Positions 45,068 through 59,500 of a stretch of DNA of 64,000 nucleotides are shown one piece after another (the first letter of the stretch is position 1; each line of letters begins with the position of its first letter). The stretch lies in the NCBI GenBank assembly GCA_951406725.2, contig OX597824.1:32550001-32614000 (forward strand). Direction: 5' to 3'. Source of the DNA: Octopus vulgaris (taxonomy: Eukaryota). The position numbers and the translations under genes are program-made. The notes below the pieces were generated by a model that saw nothing but the letters and a program-made list of their open reading frames with translations, was not told the origin of the DNA and made no database searches.

Positions 45068-45429
45068 ACATATATATGTATACATATATATATATGTATA
45101 CATATATATATATGTATACATATATATAAGTATATAAATATACATGTATATATGTATCTACTTAATACTACCACTGCATTCTCAAAACTTCACTCACACC
45201 ACAAGATCCCATTGAATAAACAGCACATGGAACCTAAGTCTCCACACTTACCATTTGTAATGACAAAATATGAACTCATATTGGAATTTACATATCATGG
45301 ACAAGAACCATTTCTACCACTTCTACACACCATTATCCTTGGATAATGGAACTACAACTATAACATCCTTTATATATTTTTATTTTTACTCATATTCTCT
45401 TATTTCCATCTATTCAACCATCTCACATC

Positions 45430-45477
45430 GTCTCTGATGAAGGGATATCCCTAATATCCTAGAAACAGCTGTAAGAC
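45430..45477 (+). ncRNA. Minimal type-I hammerhead ribozyme motif (Penelope-like type)
   Basis: gtct-CTGATGA-a-gggatat..atatcct-a-GAAA-CAGCTG-TA-agac; palindromic helix III (ACAGCTGT), GUA triplet, A-A mismatch at base of helix II. Confidence 0.7.
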
Positions 45478-45540
45478 TAACCTTCTCTTTATAAATTTCT
45501 GAAAATTCCACACAGCCTTGGCTTTGTTGTCTATATACAT

Positions 45541-45576
<36 letters not shown>

Positions 45577-45577
<1 letters not shown>

Positions 45578-46630
45578 ACATTATTGTGAATTGAAGAAAT
45601 GGAGCTGAAGCAGATTGAACAACCGGTGGCTGAAGAATTCAACGGGTCAGGCATCGGTCAATCATGTGGGTGAGGCGTAGATGTTCTTTGTGACCAGAAT
45701 AAGTTCTGCAGGGCGAAGGCAGTGCAACCTTTGTGTCTCCGAACTCTTCCATATTTTGTTGCCAGAGCCGGATGGTAAACGGGCTTTTACAGTCGGCGAT
45801 GCCCCCATTGGCGGCGTTACACTTATCTGGCTTTTAAATAGCGTTTATAAATAATAGACCCATAGCCCTTGGTAACAAATTCTGAAATAGCCTTTAAGAT
45901 ATCTACATTAACCACTGCAAGGGGAATACCCTGTAAGACAACGGGGCTTGGTTTTTTACAGCGGGGTTCCTTGACAAGGCAGGCTTAGATGAGAACACAC
46001 ACACACATAAAACATGATATATATATTTTTTTTCTGCCACCCAACGGTCATCACGGCAGTAGCCACTGACACCGAACGATCAAACGCACACACGTACACA
46101 AAAAATGTTTTCTACCCCTACGCCAACACACGTATATAGAACAGTATACACACACACGTCTCTAGTAGATTTTTCTCGCCCTTATAAACATCCAATATTC
46201 TTAAATAGTTAGAACTTTATTCTCGGTCACAAGAACATCTCGCCCTCACCCACATGATTGACGATGCCTGACCCGTTGAATTCTTCAACCGGTTCTCAAC
46301 ATACACTGATAAACAGTTTCGCCATGGGCTCTTAGCATAGTTCGATTTGTTTTGCTCCGCCTCTGTTCTGTTTTGTTTTCAACGATTTCCTATTTCTTCC
46401 TGAAGAGAAAACACATATGGTCCCATTATTCATCGTTTGATTTGTGCCTTCGAAACACGTTAGAATGAAATAAACGATTTCTGTTCAATCTGCGCAGCCA
46501 TTCTTCAATTCACCAATAATGTTCTAATTTCAATTATCGCAAACGCACGGTTGCAACACCATATGGTTGTACCTCAACCGTGCTGTTTACTGCTGTGATT
46601 TTGCTACTAAGGTATCGGTTAAACTTTTGA
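45577..46630. mobile_element. Composite element with interrupted inverted repeats, possibly Penelope-like
   Basis: 45577-45622 pairs with 46482-46523 and 45621-45707 pairs with 46211-46293; CpG-richer interior; hammerhead-like core at 46400; TA flanks. Confidence 0.5.
46392..46471 (+). ncRNA. Degenerate hammerhead motif
   Basis: atttcttc-CTGAAGAG...C-GAAA-CACGTTA-gaatgaaat; core intact, helices II and III imperfect. Confidence 0.4.
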
Positions 46631-46667
46631 TTAATCTACTACAAGATTATTCATCTTTCTATTTCAC

Positions 46668-46730
<63 letters not shown>

Positions 46731-46739
46731 ATATGTAAA

Positions 46740-47595
46740 GTTCAGAGCTACTACCTGTGCTGGTAACAAAGAGCCTCTCACTCAGAGTAAAAGGTAGACT
46801 GTATGATGCATGTGTGAGCAGCCATGCTACATGGCAGTGAAACATGGGTGATGACTGCTGAGGACATGTGTAGGCTTGAAAGAAATTAAGCTAGTATGCT
46901 CTGTTGCACGCGTAATTTCAGTGTGCATACACAACAGAGTGTAAATGCCCTTAGAGAAAGTTGGACATAAAAAGCATCAGATGTGGTGTGCAAGAGAGAC
47001 AACTGTGTTGGTATGGAAGTACGTGAAGAGGTGTCACACCTTAACAGTGGAGGGAACCTGTGGAAGAAGTAGACCCAGGAAAACATGGAATGAAGTGGTG
47101 AAGCACAACCATTGAATGTTGGGCCTCACGGAGGCAATGACAAGAGACTTAGACCTTTGGTGATATGCTGTTCTTGAGAAAACCTGTTGAGTCAAGTGAA
47201 ATAATAGTCATGGCTGATGTCAGTGCTGCCTGACTGACACCTGTGCCAGTGGCATGTAAAAAACACCATTTGATCATGGCTGATGCAGTGCTGGTGGCAC
47301 ATAAAAAGCACCGTTTGAGCGTGGTCAATGCCACTACCGTTTGACTGGCTCCTGTGCTAGTGGCATATAAAAAACACAATTTGAGCATGGTCGATGCCAG
47401 TGCTACCTGACTGGCCCCTGTTCCGGTGGCACATAAATAGCACCCATTACACTCTTGGAGTGGTTGATGCTAGCAAGGGCATCCAGCTGCAGAAACCTTG
47501 CCAGATCAGACTGTAGCCTGGTGCTGCCTCCTGGCTTGTCAGTTTTCAATCAAACTGTCCAACCCATGCCTGCATGGAAAGCAGACATTAAACAA

Positions 47596-47598
<3 letters not shown>
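46740..47598 (+). mobile_element. 5'-truncated RTE-like LINE: decayed post-RT coding tail plus 3' UTR
   Basis: RELLPVLVTKSLSLRVKGRLYDACV..MLHGSETW runs into the repeat ending ggcatccagctg..catggaaagcagacattaaacaatgat. Confidence 0.8.
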
Positions 47599-47682
<84 letters not shown>

Positions 47683-49681
47683 CACATATATACATATATA
47701 TATAAACATACATATATATACACACATACACATATATACATACACCTATATACATATACATATATACATATACATATATAGTTGTCTACCGGAAAATCTG
47801 TGATTATCTCATTACTAAAAGTCAAATAATTTTTATTTACATCGGCATACCTGTTTCTGTCCACTTTCTTGTACCTCTCTTTTCCTTTCCCTTTCTTTTT
47901 ACTCTCTCTCTCTCTCTCTCTCTCTCACTGGGTAATGATGTACCTCTTCTATAGCAGGAGAAATATTTCTGCACCTCTATTTCTCTGTCACACTCTAACC
48001 TTTTACCATCTGATATCAGATCACTTCCACCAATGCCCCACTCTATTATAGCAAAACACCTGTTCCTGCCTGTGTCCCTTTTTTCTTTTGTCTCTCTGTC
48101 TGTCTGTCACACTAATCATTCATCCTCTGACACATGTTCCTAACCGTCTCATAATTCCTTGTCTTGTGAATTACTTGGTGACATTGCTAGTGCTGGTGCC
48201 ATGTAAAAAGCATCCAGTCCACACTGTAAAGTGGTTGGCATTTGGAAGTGCAACCAGCTGTAAAATACATACCAAAACTAACCTCGCCTGTGCTAGTGTC
48301 ATGAAAAAAGCACTGAGTCCACTCAGCAGAGTGGCTGGTGTTGGGAAGTGCATCCAGCCATAAAAACCCTGCCAAAACAGACAGTAGTTTAGGATAGTTT
48401 TCTACCTGGCTAGTTCCTGTCAACTGTTCTACCTGTGCATGCAATGAAGACGGATGTTAAACGATGATGATAACAATGAATTATTTGACTATTAGCAATG
48501 AAATAATCATAAATTCTTCCCCAGTGAACAACTAAATGAGTTGACTAAGAACTGAATAGTAAAAATGTATATAAATACAAGCACAGAACTAAAATCACCA
48601 TCTAAACAAAATGCTTGCAATCAATGTGAATATATTGCTTTCAAATTTTGGCACGAGGCCAGTAATTTGGGGGAATGGGGTGAGTTGATTACTTTGACCC
48701 CAGTGCTCAACTTGTACTTATTTTATCAACCCCAAAAGGATGTAAGGCAAAGATGATCTCAGCAGAATTTGAACTCAGGACCTAAAAACAGGTGAAATGC
48801 TGTTAAACTTGCCTCTTTAGTCAATGTGAATACATAACTATGAATAACACAGGGCTACCACTAAAACAAGGTAGCTGGATGTTCTTGTATATTTCTTACA
48901 GTTACAATAATATTTGGTAAATCTACTTTAGACTATTTTTTAATTACAGTTAATACTTCTGGAATAGAAAAATGACTTTTGATTTGTAAGGGCAGGTGAA
49001 AAAAGAAATCATTATAAGAAAATGATTTAAGGCAGTGGGCTGGCAGAATTGTTAGCACACTGTGAAATGCTTAGTGGCATTTTGTCGGTCTTTACATTCT
49101 GAGTTCAAATTCCATTGAGGTCGACTTTACTTTCAGCATTTTGGAGTTGATAAAATAGTACTAGTGCTGCACTGAGGTCAATGTAATCAACTCACCTCCT
49201 CCCTAAAATGACTGGCTTTGCACCAAAATAAAAACCATCATCAGAGAATGGTTTCAACAGAATACATGAGTTAAGAATTTATTATCTAACATTTTGTTAT
49301 GTCTTTGGACAAGAAACAATTTCACAAATCTCCATTGCCTATCTGTCTGAAATAGGTAGTAGATATTGTAGGATTATAATTTTGCTTTCTATCCAGCAGT
49401 AGAATTTTTATTTGCTGTCTGTTTAACTACTACTGACTTTGATGCTAAATATCTTCTGCAATTCATCTACCAATATCTCTACTGCCTAACCACATTTCTC
49501 AGCTTGCTTGCACTCAGCATCTCTCTCATAAAACTAGCATTACACATACACACACACATACACAAATGACTACACTGTTTTCATACCTTAACTGTATTAC
49601 ACGTAAATTCATGCCCCATATTTTACCACATCTCATGTTGCATGACCATGTCACAGCTTGTACATTATTTATACACACCTA

Positions 49682-49720
<39 letters not shown>

Positions 49721-51170
49721 CATTTTCTATTCATTTATATATATAAATAGAGAAAGAGATTGGTAGATAGAGAGGTAGATATATAGGAACATAGACAAAT
49801 AGACAGACAAATAAATAGATGAGATAGATAAAGAGATAGATGCAGAGAGAGAGAGAGAGAGAGAAAGAGGAGAGAAAAAGAGATAGATAGATAAGTAGGC
49901 AAAGAGATAGAGATGTATAGATATATTTATTGATAGAGAGGTAGATAGGTAGGTATACAGGAAGATAGATAAGTAGAGACAAATACAAAGATAGACAAGA
50001 CAGATAGATAACTAGACAGACAATTAGAAAGACTGAGAGAGAGAGAGAGAGGGAGGGAGAGAGAGAGAGAAACCTTTTGTTTCCAACAAAATAACAGCTT
50101 TTTAAACATTTTTAATCTAGTTTACAACTTTTACCATGATCAAAAGAAACAATTCCAACACTTGTACCATCATCTAAATAACAGAACCGATCTACTAATT
50201 CTAGTAAGAATATCTTAACAGCCCATGTTCTTCATTTCATTCACTTATAAATATTCCAGTGCATCTGGTTCTACTTTCCTGACAGTCTGCCAGAGATTTT
50301 TATGGTGGTGGCTTCTACCTATCAATTACAGCAACTACATAAATTACCATTCCTACTGATCCCCACTTCTTACATTTTGAGTGATATTACTTTCCAGAAG
50401 CTTCTCAGATTTGCTGTCCTCTGCTCCTAGTTTGTGTGTTTTACTTCATGTTGGCTTCTATACTTTGTGTTTTTGGCTTTTTCTTCCACAATTCAGTTTT
50501 TCCTGCCATTTGTTTGGCATTTGTTGCATCATCATCCTCATCATCATCATCACCATCATCATCATCATTATTGTCATTGTCATCATCATTTAATGTCCAT
50601 TTTCCATGCTGGCATGGATTAGAAAGTTTGACAGGAGCTGGCAAAGCCAGGACCTGTACTAAGTCCCATAGTCTGTTTCAGTATGGTTTCTACAGGGCAA
50701 TGCCCTTCCTGACACTCACCACTTTACAGAGTGACACCATCACCAGTGCTTTTTACATGGGACCGTCACCACCACTTTTTATGTGGCACCATCAACAGTG
50801 CTTTTTGCAATATTTCTAAATCTATTTTAGTGTATTAGAGTAAGCTTGTGTAAAATTATAGAATAGAATGTTCCAAGAGTAACTACTTGCATTCAAAAGT
50901 CATAAATGTGCCCAATATATCACAAATTCACTAGAAATAATGATGATAATAATGGTTTCAAATTTTGTCACAAGGGTAACCATTTTGGAGGAGGGGTTGA
51001 GTCAATTACATCGACGCCAGGGTTTAACTGGTACTTATTTTATTGACCCTAAGCAGCTGTAAAGCAAAGTTGACCTCGGCAGAATTTGAACTAAGAACAC
51101 AGTGATGGGTGAAATACTGCTAAACATTTTGTCCAGCATGCTAATGATTCTGCCAGCTTACCACCTTAAA

Positions 51171-51325
<155 letters not shown>

Positions 51326-53981
51326 ACAACTTCCTACAGGAAGCACATGGCTTCAAATTTGGGAGAAGAGATTAAATTGATTACACCAGCCCCAGTGTGT
51401 AACTGATACTTATTTAATCGACTTTGAAAGGATGAAAAGCAAAGTTGACTTTGCAGAATTTGAACTCAGAACGTAGTGGAAGACGAAATACTGCTGAGCA
51501 TTTCGTTCAAAGTGCTAATGATTCTGCCAGCTCACAACCTTAAATAATAATAATAATAATAACAATCCTTTCTACTATAGGCACAAGGCTTGAAATTAGG
51601 GGGAAAAGGTTAGTTGATTTCATTGACCCCACTACTCAACTTGTACTTATTTTGTCAACTCTGAAAGGATGAAAGGCAAAGTTGACCTTAGTAGAAGTTG
51701 AATTCAGAATATTAACATCTAAACCCACTCTTAAGAAACAATAGAATCCTTTATGTGGACACTCAAACTTCTAGAAATAAATCAAATTTTACTTAAATCG
51801 CATCCTACAATTTTAATATAGCTGGAGGTGAGAGCAATCGGGTGGCACTTTGGGGTTTGCTGTATAAGCCTGTATAAGGGAACATGGTGGTAGTGCAGCA
51901 AACACAAGAGCTATCCTGGTTGGCACATGATCTAGCTACGCCATGGAATGCTAGATATAAAATGTCTGAGAAAGAAGCATGGAAGATGATGGATGGAACA
52001 CATTTGATTAGACATCAGCCCCATTATGCCTGACGTGGACCTAAATAATTGTTTCAGATTTTGGCCTGAGTTCAGCAATTTTAGGCAAGGTGGATGGGGT
52101 AATCGATTTCATCAAGCCCAGTACATGAGTAGTTCTTTTATTTTATGAAAGGAAAAATTGACTTTGGTATGATTTTAAATCAGAGCATAGAGAACTGAAA
52201 GAAATTATACTAAGCATTCTGTCCAATGGACTAACAATTCTGCCAACTCACTGCCTTCCCTGGGCCAAAATAACAATAAATAATAACAAAAATAACTAAT
52301 ATTGATGCAATGTTTACAATAGATAAACATAAGAGAATGAATACTTATATATATATATATGTATTCATTCTATATATATATGTATTCATTCTATATATAT
52401 ATATATATATATAAATACATACAAGCATACACACATACATACACACATGCATACATACATAATACATATACACATGCATAGACTTGCACACAGCTACAAA
52501 ACCCACTTCTCAGTATATGTTTCCATGGAAATATGAGGAAAAGCACTTGTATAATATAATCCAAATTGTTCTAATCACACACTGACACCTTAGTAAACAG
52601 CTCCAATCAATATTTCCTCATTCTCACTACCATAAGAGCTATTGGCTGCAAATCATTTCCAGTAGAGATGTCTAATCTTAATTTTTAACAAGTCTACACA
52701 TAAGCATTAACACCGAAATATATTGTATATTATTGAGCTCTGTTGGTATATGATTTAAGATAGATTTCCTGAAATTATTCAGGGGCAGGCATGGCTGTGT
52801 GGTAAAAAGTTTGCTTCTCAACAAAATGGTCTCAGGTTCAGTACCACTGTGTGGTATCTTGGGCAAGTGTCTTCTACTATATCCTCAGGCTGACCAAAGC
52901 TTTGTGAGTAGATTTGGTAGACAAAAACTGAAGAAGGAAGTCTGTTGTGTATATATAACTTTTTTCTGTCCTTTCCTCAATTTTCTCTGTCCTCTGAAAT
53001 CTATCATATCTGGTTGTCTATATTTACAGCAGTTGCTATTGTGACTTTGCTAAATTGAACAATATTGTTCAATTGGAGACATATTGAGTCAAATACATCA
53101 ACATCAAAATAAATATCAAATGGAAATTGTAGTTGTGATACCTGTGCCAGTGGCACGTAAAAAGCACCATCCGAACATAGCCAATGCCAGCCTCCCCTGG
53201 CACCTGTGCCAGTGGCACGTAAAAAGCACCCAGTACACTCACGGAGTGGTTGGCATTAGGAAGGGCATCCAGCTGTAGAAACACTGCCAGATCAGACTGG
53301 AACCTCGTTCAGCCTCCTGGCTTCCCAGACCCCGGTCAAACCGTCCAAGCCATGCTAGTATGGAAAACGGACGTTAAACAATGATGATGACGATGATGAT
53401 GATGATGTTCAAACGTTTAAAATTGTTGATATTAGGTTGATGACTGATGAGCGATAGATTGTGGTTATATTCATTTGTGTGATTTTTCTGGTGGGGTAAA
53501 TAACTTGTACATCCATTTTCATTATCTTTCTGTCTATGAGGTTGTGAGCTGGCAGAACTGTTAGCATGCCTACAAAATGCTTGGCAGCATTTCATCCATT
53601 TTTATATTCTAAGCTCACACTCTGCGGAGGTTGACTTTGCCTTTCATCCTTTCTTGGTCAATAAAATAGGTACCAATCAAGTACTGGAACTGATGTAATT
53701 GACTTGCCCTTTCTCTCAAAATCTGCTGACCTGTGCCAAAATTTGAAACCATTGTCTGTCTGCCTGTCTGTCTGTCAATCCATCTACCCATCCATCCATC
53801 CATTCATCCATCCATCCATCCATCCAAATAGTGGTAAAACTCATTTCAGCCAGTTGAGTGGATTGGAGCAAAGTGAAATGAAGTGTCTTACTCAAGGACA
53901 CAATATGCCACCAGGTATTGAACTCATGACCTCACAAGCTTGAGCTGAATGCCCTAACCACTTAGCCACATGCCTTCATGC

Positions 53982-54017
<36 letters not shown>

Positions 54018-54697
54018 ACACACACATGTATATCAAGGATTTATGAATTTCCATCTAAAAGTTCTTGTTATTACTATATTTACCCTACTCTATGGTGGCA
54101 CCAGACTAATAACTACCCCATAAAAATTACTCCGGAAGATGAGAACAATAAGCAGTAGGTGGAATAAATAATGTAGGAGCTTTTTTATGAGCATGCTCAA
54201 AAATCTTTCCCATAAACGAACTTAAAGGATATATATATATATAATACTATAAATTAGGGTATCTGAGAGATACCACCATGCTGGCAAAGTCAGAAATCCA
54301 GGGTCTTGAATTATCCAGAAAAATCTTTTTTTGCTAGTTTATTTTGTCTATCTGTCTTCTTTCCTAGTGTGATATGAACATTTAAGGTGGCTTTAGGGTC
54401 AGGGTTTTGACTGCTATTTCAGTCAAGATACCTTAATTTATAGTTTTAAATAATTATTACCTTTGTATGGTATTTATTCCCATGCTGGCCACTTGATAAG
54501 ATCGATATTTAAATATCGATATTATCCTTAGTTATAAATTTATATAAAATATATATATATATGAGGTATTGGTATCCAGAAGACCCAAGATGATAGGTAA
54601 GGCTATGTAAGTGCTATGGAGGGGGCCTTAATTAGATTCTTGATTTGATAATAATACGAGTGAGGAGTCTAATGCAGGTCTTGTGTGAGCCTGTATA

Positions 54698-54789
54698 TGT
54701 TAAATAAAATGAGACAACAAAACCAAGGCTGTGTGGAATTTATATAAATTCTACACAGCCTTGGTTTTGTTGCCTCATTTTATTTAACA
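54698..54789. repeat. 92-bp near-perfect palindrome
   Basis: tgttaaataaaatgagacaacaaaaccaaggctgtgtggaatttat|ataaattctacacagccttggttttgttgcctcattttatttaaca; arm shared with 45503-45530 next to the 45430 hammerhead. Confidence 0.9.
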
Positions 54790-56071
54790 CACACACACAC
54801 ACATCCTTTGATATGGTGTTTCTGCTAAATGCACAAACAAACTAGGTTTCTTACAAAAGAAATTCCCATGACTGATTCACAAAGAATCAATCATAAACAA
54901 TTATTGGTTATTTAACACTTGTTTTATCAAGTTATGACCTTCCATAGATCGTTTGCCTGTGGTGCAGTTTGCGGGTCCATAACCCCTTTATATGCTCTTT
55001 CCACTTGTGGCGTGTTTTTGTGGTTGGATACTCTTCCTAGGAGCAACTACTTTACATTGTGACTCTGGGTGCAAATCAACCCCAGTAATTACATTTTTAA
55101 GCCTGATTCTTATTCTAATGGTCTCTTTTGCCAGACCACAAGTCATGGGGATGAAAACAAACCAACAGGAGTTGTTGAGTGGTGGTGGTGATGAGCAGGG
55201 ATGAACACAAATATGTATACATACAGATGCACACATATATACAACAGACTTTCACATAATTTCCATTTACCAATTTTACTTACAAGGCATTGGTCAGCCT
55301 AGGGCTTCTTACAAAAGAAATCTTCCTGACTGATTTACAAAAGACACTTGCCCATGCTGTACAGTGGGACTGAACCCAAAACCACAAGGTTGCAAAGTGA
55401 GCTTCTTTAACACACAGCCACATCTGCACCTATAAATGAAGATTTGTCACTGAAAGCCATAACAATGAACAGCGAAAATCATGCAGTTGGAAAGTAAACC
55501 CGGAAACAAGCTTGAAGTGACAGCTCTATACAATGTCAAACAACAAATAGAATATTCAGGAAGATAAGAAACACTTCAACAATAGACTTACACACAAATA
55601 TGTAAATCCAGGACAAAACATCAAAACAAAAAACTCACAAAAACACACCAAAATTGCAGCAAAAACAATAACAACAAAAGCTGTAACTGGCACTGCTATT
55701 CTCCCTTTCAGATTCCTAGTCCCACAAACAATTTAGACAATAAATATAAACACAAACATTTCACATATAGAATGTATGACAGCAACCACCAAAGTAACTA
55801 ATACAAACAAAACACCTATGAAACACCATAAAGAAAAAAACAGAAAAATAAAACTACTATATTGCAATATAATACTAAAAATCTACAAAACTTATGGAAC
55901 TAAAAACTCATTGTCAAATGATGACATTCACATTATTATTCTAAAAGGAACAAAACTAAATCTCATCATCCAAATCCCAAATTTAACCCTTTTAAACTGC
56001 TTCACACCAAACTGCAGCAATGTAATCATTCAAAATAAAAGCAGAGTGCAGGAAATATATAAGCATAATAA

Positions 56072-56117
<46 letters not shown>

Positions 56118-57799
56118 GAAATTTATTTTATTTGTTCATTCAGTTATGATTAAATGACTGAGGAAGTTGTAATGTAATATACATTACATAATGGACATGA
56201 ATATATCATTTTTCTGATCTGTGTCTGTATACATGATGTTTGATTTGCCAACCATATTTTGATGAAACAATTGTAAACTATGGAATAAAATAAATGTGAT
56301 ACCAGCAACTCCAGTCTTCACTTATTATTTATATCTAAAATTTTTATATGCATACAGTGAAGGTGCATGGCTCAGTGGTTGGAGCATTGGGCTCACAAAC
56401 ATGAGGTAGTGAGTTCAATTCATAGACTGGGCTGTGTGTTGTGCTCTTGAGCAAGACACTTTATTTCTTGCCACTCCAGTTCAGTTGTAGAAATGAGTTG
56501 CAACATAACTGGTGCCAAGCTGTATCAGCCTTTGTCTTTCCTATGAATAACATTGGTGGCATGGAGAATGGAGGCTGGTATGTATGGGTGACTACTGGTC
56601 TTTCATAAAACAACATTGCCCAGACTTGTGCCTCAGAGTGTGCTGGGTGCTTTTGATGTGCTTTTTATGTGACACCATTACCAGTGCTTTTTACATGGTA
56701 GCACCACCAGTACTTTTTACATAATACCAGCACCAGAAATTCATATTATATATCATCTATAAATTTAACTAATTGTTCCATATAGTTATTCACACCCAGC
56801 TTCAATAGTTAAACATACTCTCAAACACTATCACTGAGGAAGCTTTCAATACATACAACACATCTTGGTACAGAAATAATAATGGCTTCCAATTTTGGCA
56901 CAAGGCCAGCAACATTTTAGTAGGAGGAGTTTAGCTGATTACTTTGATTCCAGTGCTCAATTGATACTTATTTTATCAACCACAGAAAGATGAAAGTAAA
57001 ATTCAACCATGGTGGAGTTTGAACTCTGAATGTAAAAACCAAAAGAAATGCTTCTAAGCATTTTGTGCAATGTCCTAACGATTCTGGTATAGTAAGATAA
57101 GAAAATTTGCTGTGTCTAGGGAGATTCATTTTACCAATATTATTAATATATATGAACTAGTTCATCACACAAATTCACATAAAGAATCTTTCAAACCAGA
57201 TACAAAAACGAAGATAAGAAAAGGCACAATAAATACACAACTAAACTCTCTTTACATCCTAAACAAACTGCACCAAATTACCTACATCAACAATTTTTCA
57301 GAAGCCACCTTCTATTTCACACATCCTCTAGCCAATAACCATAGATCTAGCCAATAACATCTAGCCAATAACCATTCAGCAAACAGTTCTCCAGGTGACC
57401 ACTTACATATTATCATCATAACATAATCACAGAGGTTGGAGTAAAATGAAAACACTTTTGCAAACTTTTCTTTTTTTTGTTTTTTGCAAAAGGAACTCAG
57501 GGGAACCATTACCACAGAAAAGTAGATTTGAAGTTCGTGAGTCTATGACAGAGCTTGTTTGAGGTTATTCAAATTGCAAGAAATAGCAGTGTTCATCTTC
57601 AAGAAATAAAAGTGTTCATCTCCATCCTGGATTAATCTAAGATGGAGACAAACACTAATGCTCCATTTGGCAGGCATGGTAATTGTTAAAGGATTTCTCT
57701 TAATGTGAAACCAATGATAGCCCCTTAACTCATAAATAAATTACTTTTTATCCACTAACAGAGTATTGAGCATTCATTCTCATTGGTAGATATTAATGC

Positions 57800-57878
<79 letters not shown>

Positions 57879-57882
57879 ATAC

Positions 57883-58823
<941 letters not shown>

Positions 58824-58979
58824 CTCTAAATTTTACATTTATAATGTATTGTGTTATTTACTGAGCTGTAGTCTTCTTGATTTATTTACACATGAACGCA
58901 TGCATGCACGTACACACACGCACACATAGAGTGCACTGAGTATTTCTGATAAAATTTACTGAGTCATAAATAGCAGAGA

Positions 58980-59500
58980 GCCTAACAATGTTTTGCTGAG
59001 AAGTTTCACATTTCTTTTTCAGGTATATCGACTGCATTGACACGGTAGAATACACTCTTCTCCTATACTTCTCATTAGGTTATCATGGTAACAGACGCTA
59101 TCAGCTAATTTCATGGAAACCCCTCCCTAAGCATTTGAAAGACTTTATAGTTTCTCTTACTGCTAACTACTCTTGTGCAGTGGCTACACATTAAATCTGT
59201 CTTCTCTGTCAGCCTCCCAGAAATTCCACTGCATCTCTTGTGCAGCAATAATTTACATTGGGTTCGTTGGGTATGAAATTCCTGCCAGCTCACATTCTAC
59301 ATATTGAGCATGCCCCCCACTCACAAATGACAGTAGATTCCTGTCCCTTTTTCAGCTGACTGAAACCTACTTTCTAGTTTGGTTTACATTAAAACTTTTT
59401 GATTTAAAGTTTTGTACCCAGATTTGGAATTTCTCTAATTCTTTGACAAATCCAGCTTTTAAAACTAGATTAACAATACACAGAAGTTCCACTGTTATTC
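58980..59500 (-). mobile_element. RTE-like LINE internal fragment (RT end plus Cys-rich finger)
   Basis: Decayed CSIC...TQCKLLLHKRCSGISGRLTEK..C..C motif. Confidence 0.65.

Noticed and set aside
55592-55715. Several possible small exons (ESERENSSA, Cys-rich SFCCYCFCC, hydrophobic 42-nt option)
   Set aside because: Weak donors or acceptors; the frame works only by combining speculative exons, which is likely over-fitting in T-rich sequence.
57611-57656. Short palindrome (others at 60945-61065 and 61321-61392)
   Set aside because: Probably small MITE or fold-back relics with no recognisable functional motif.
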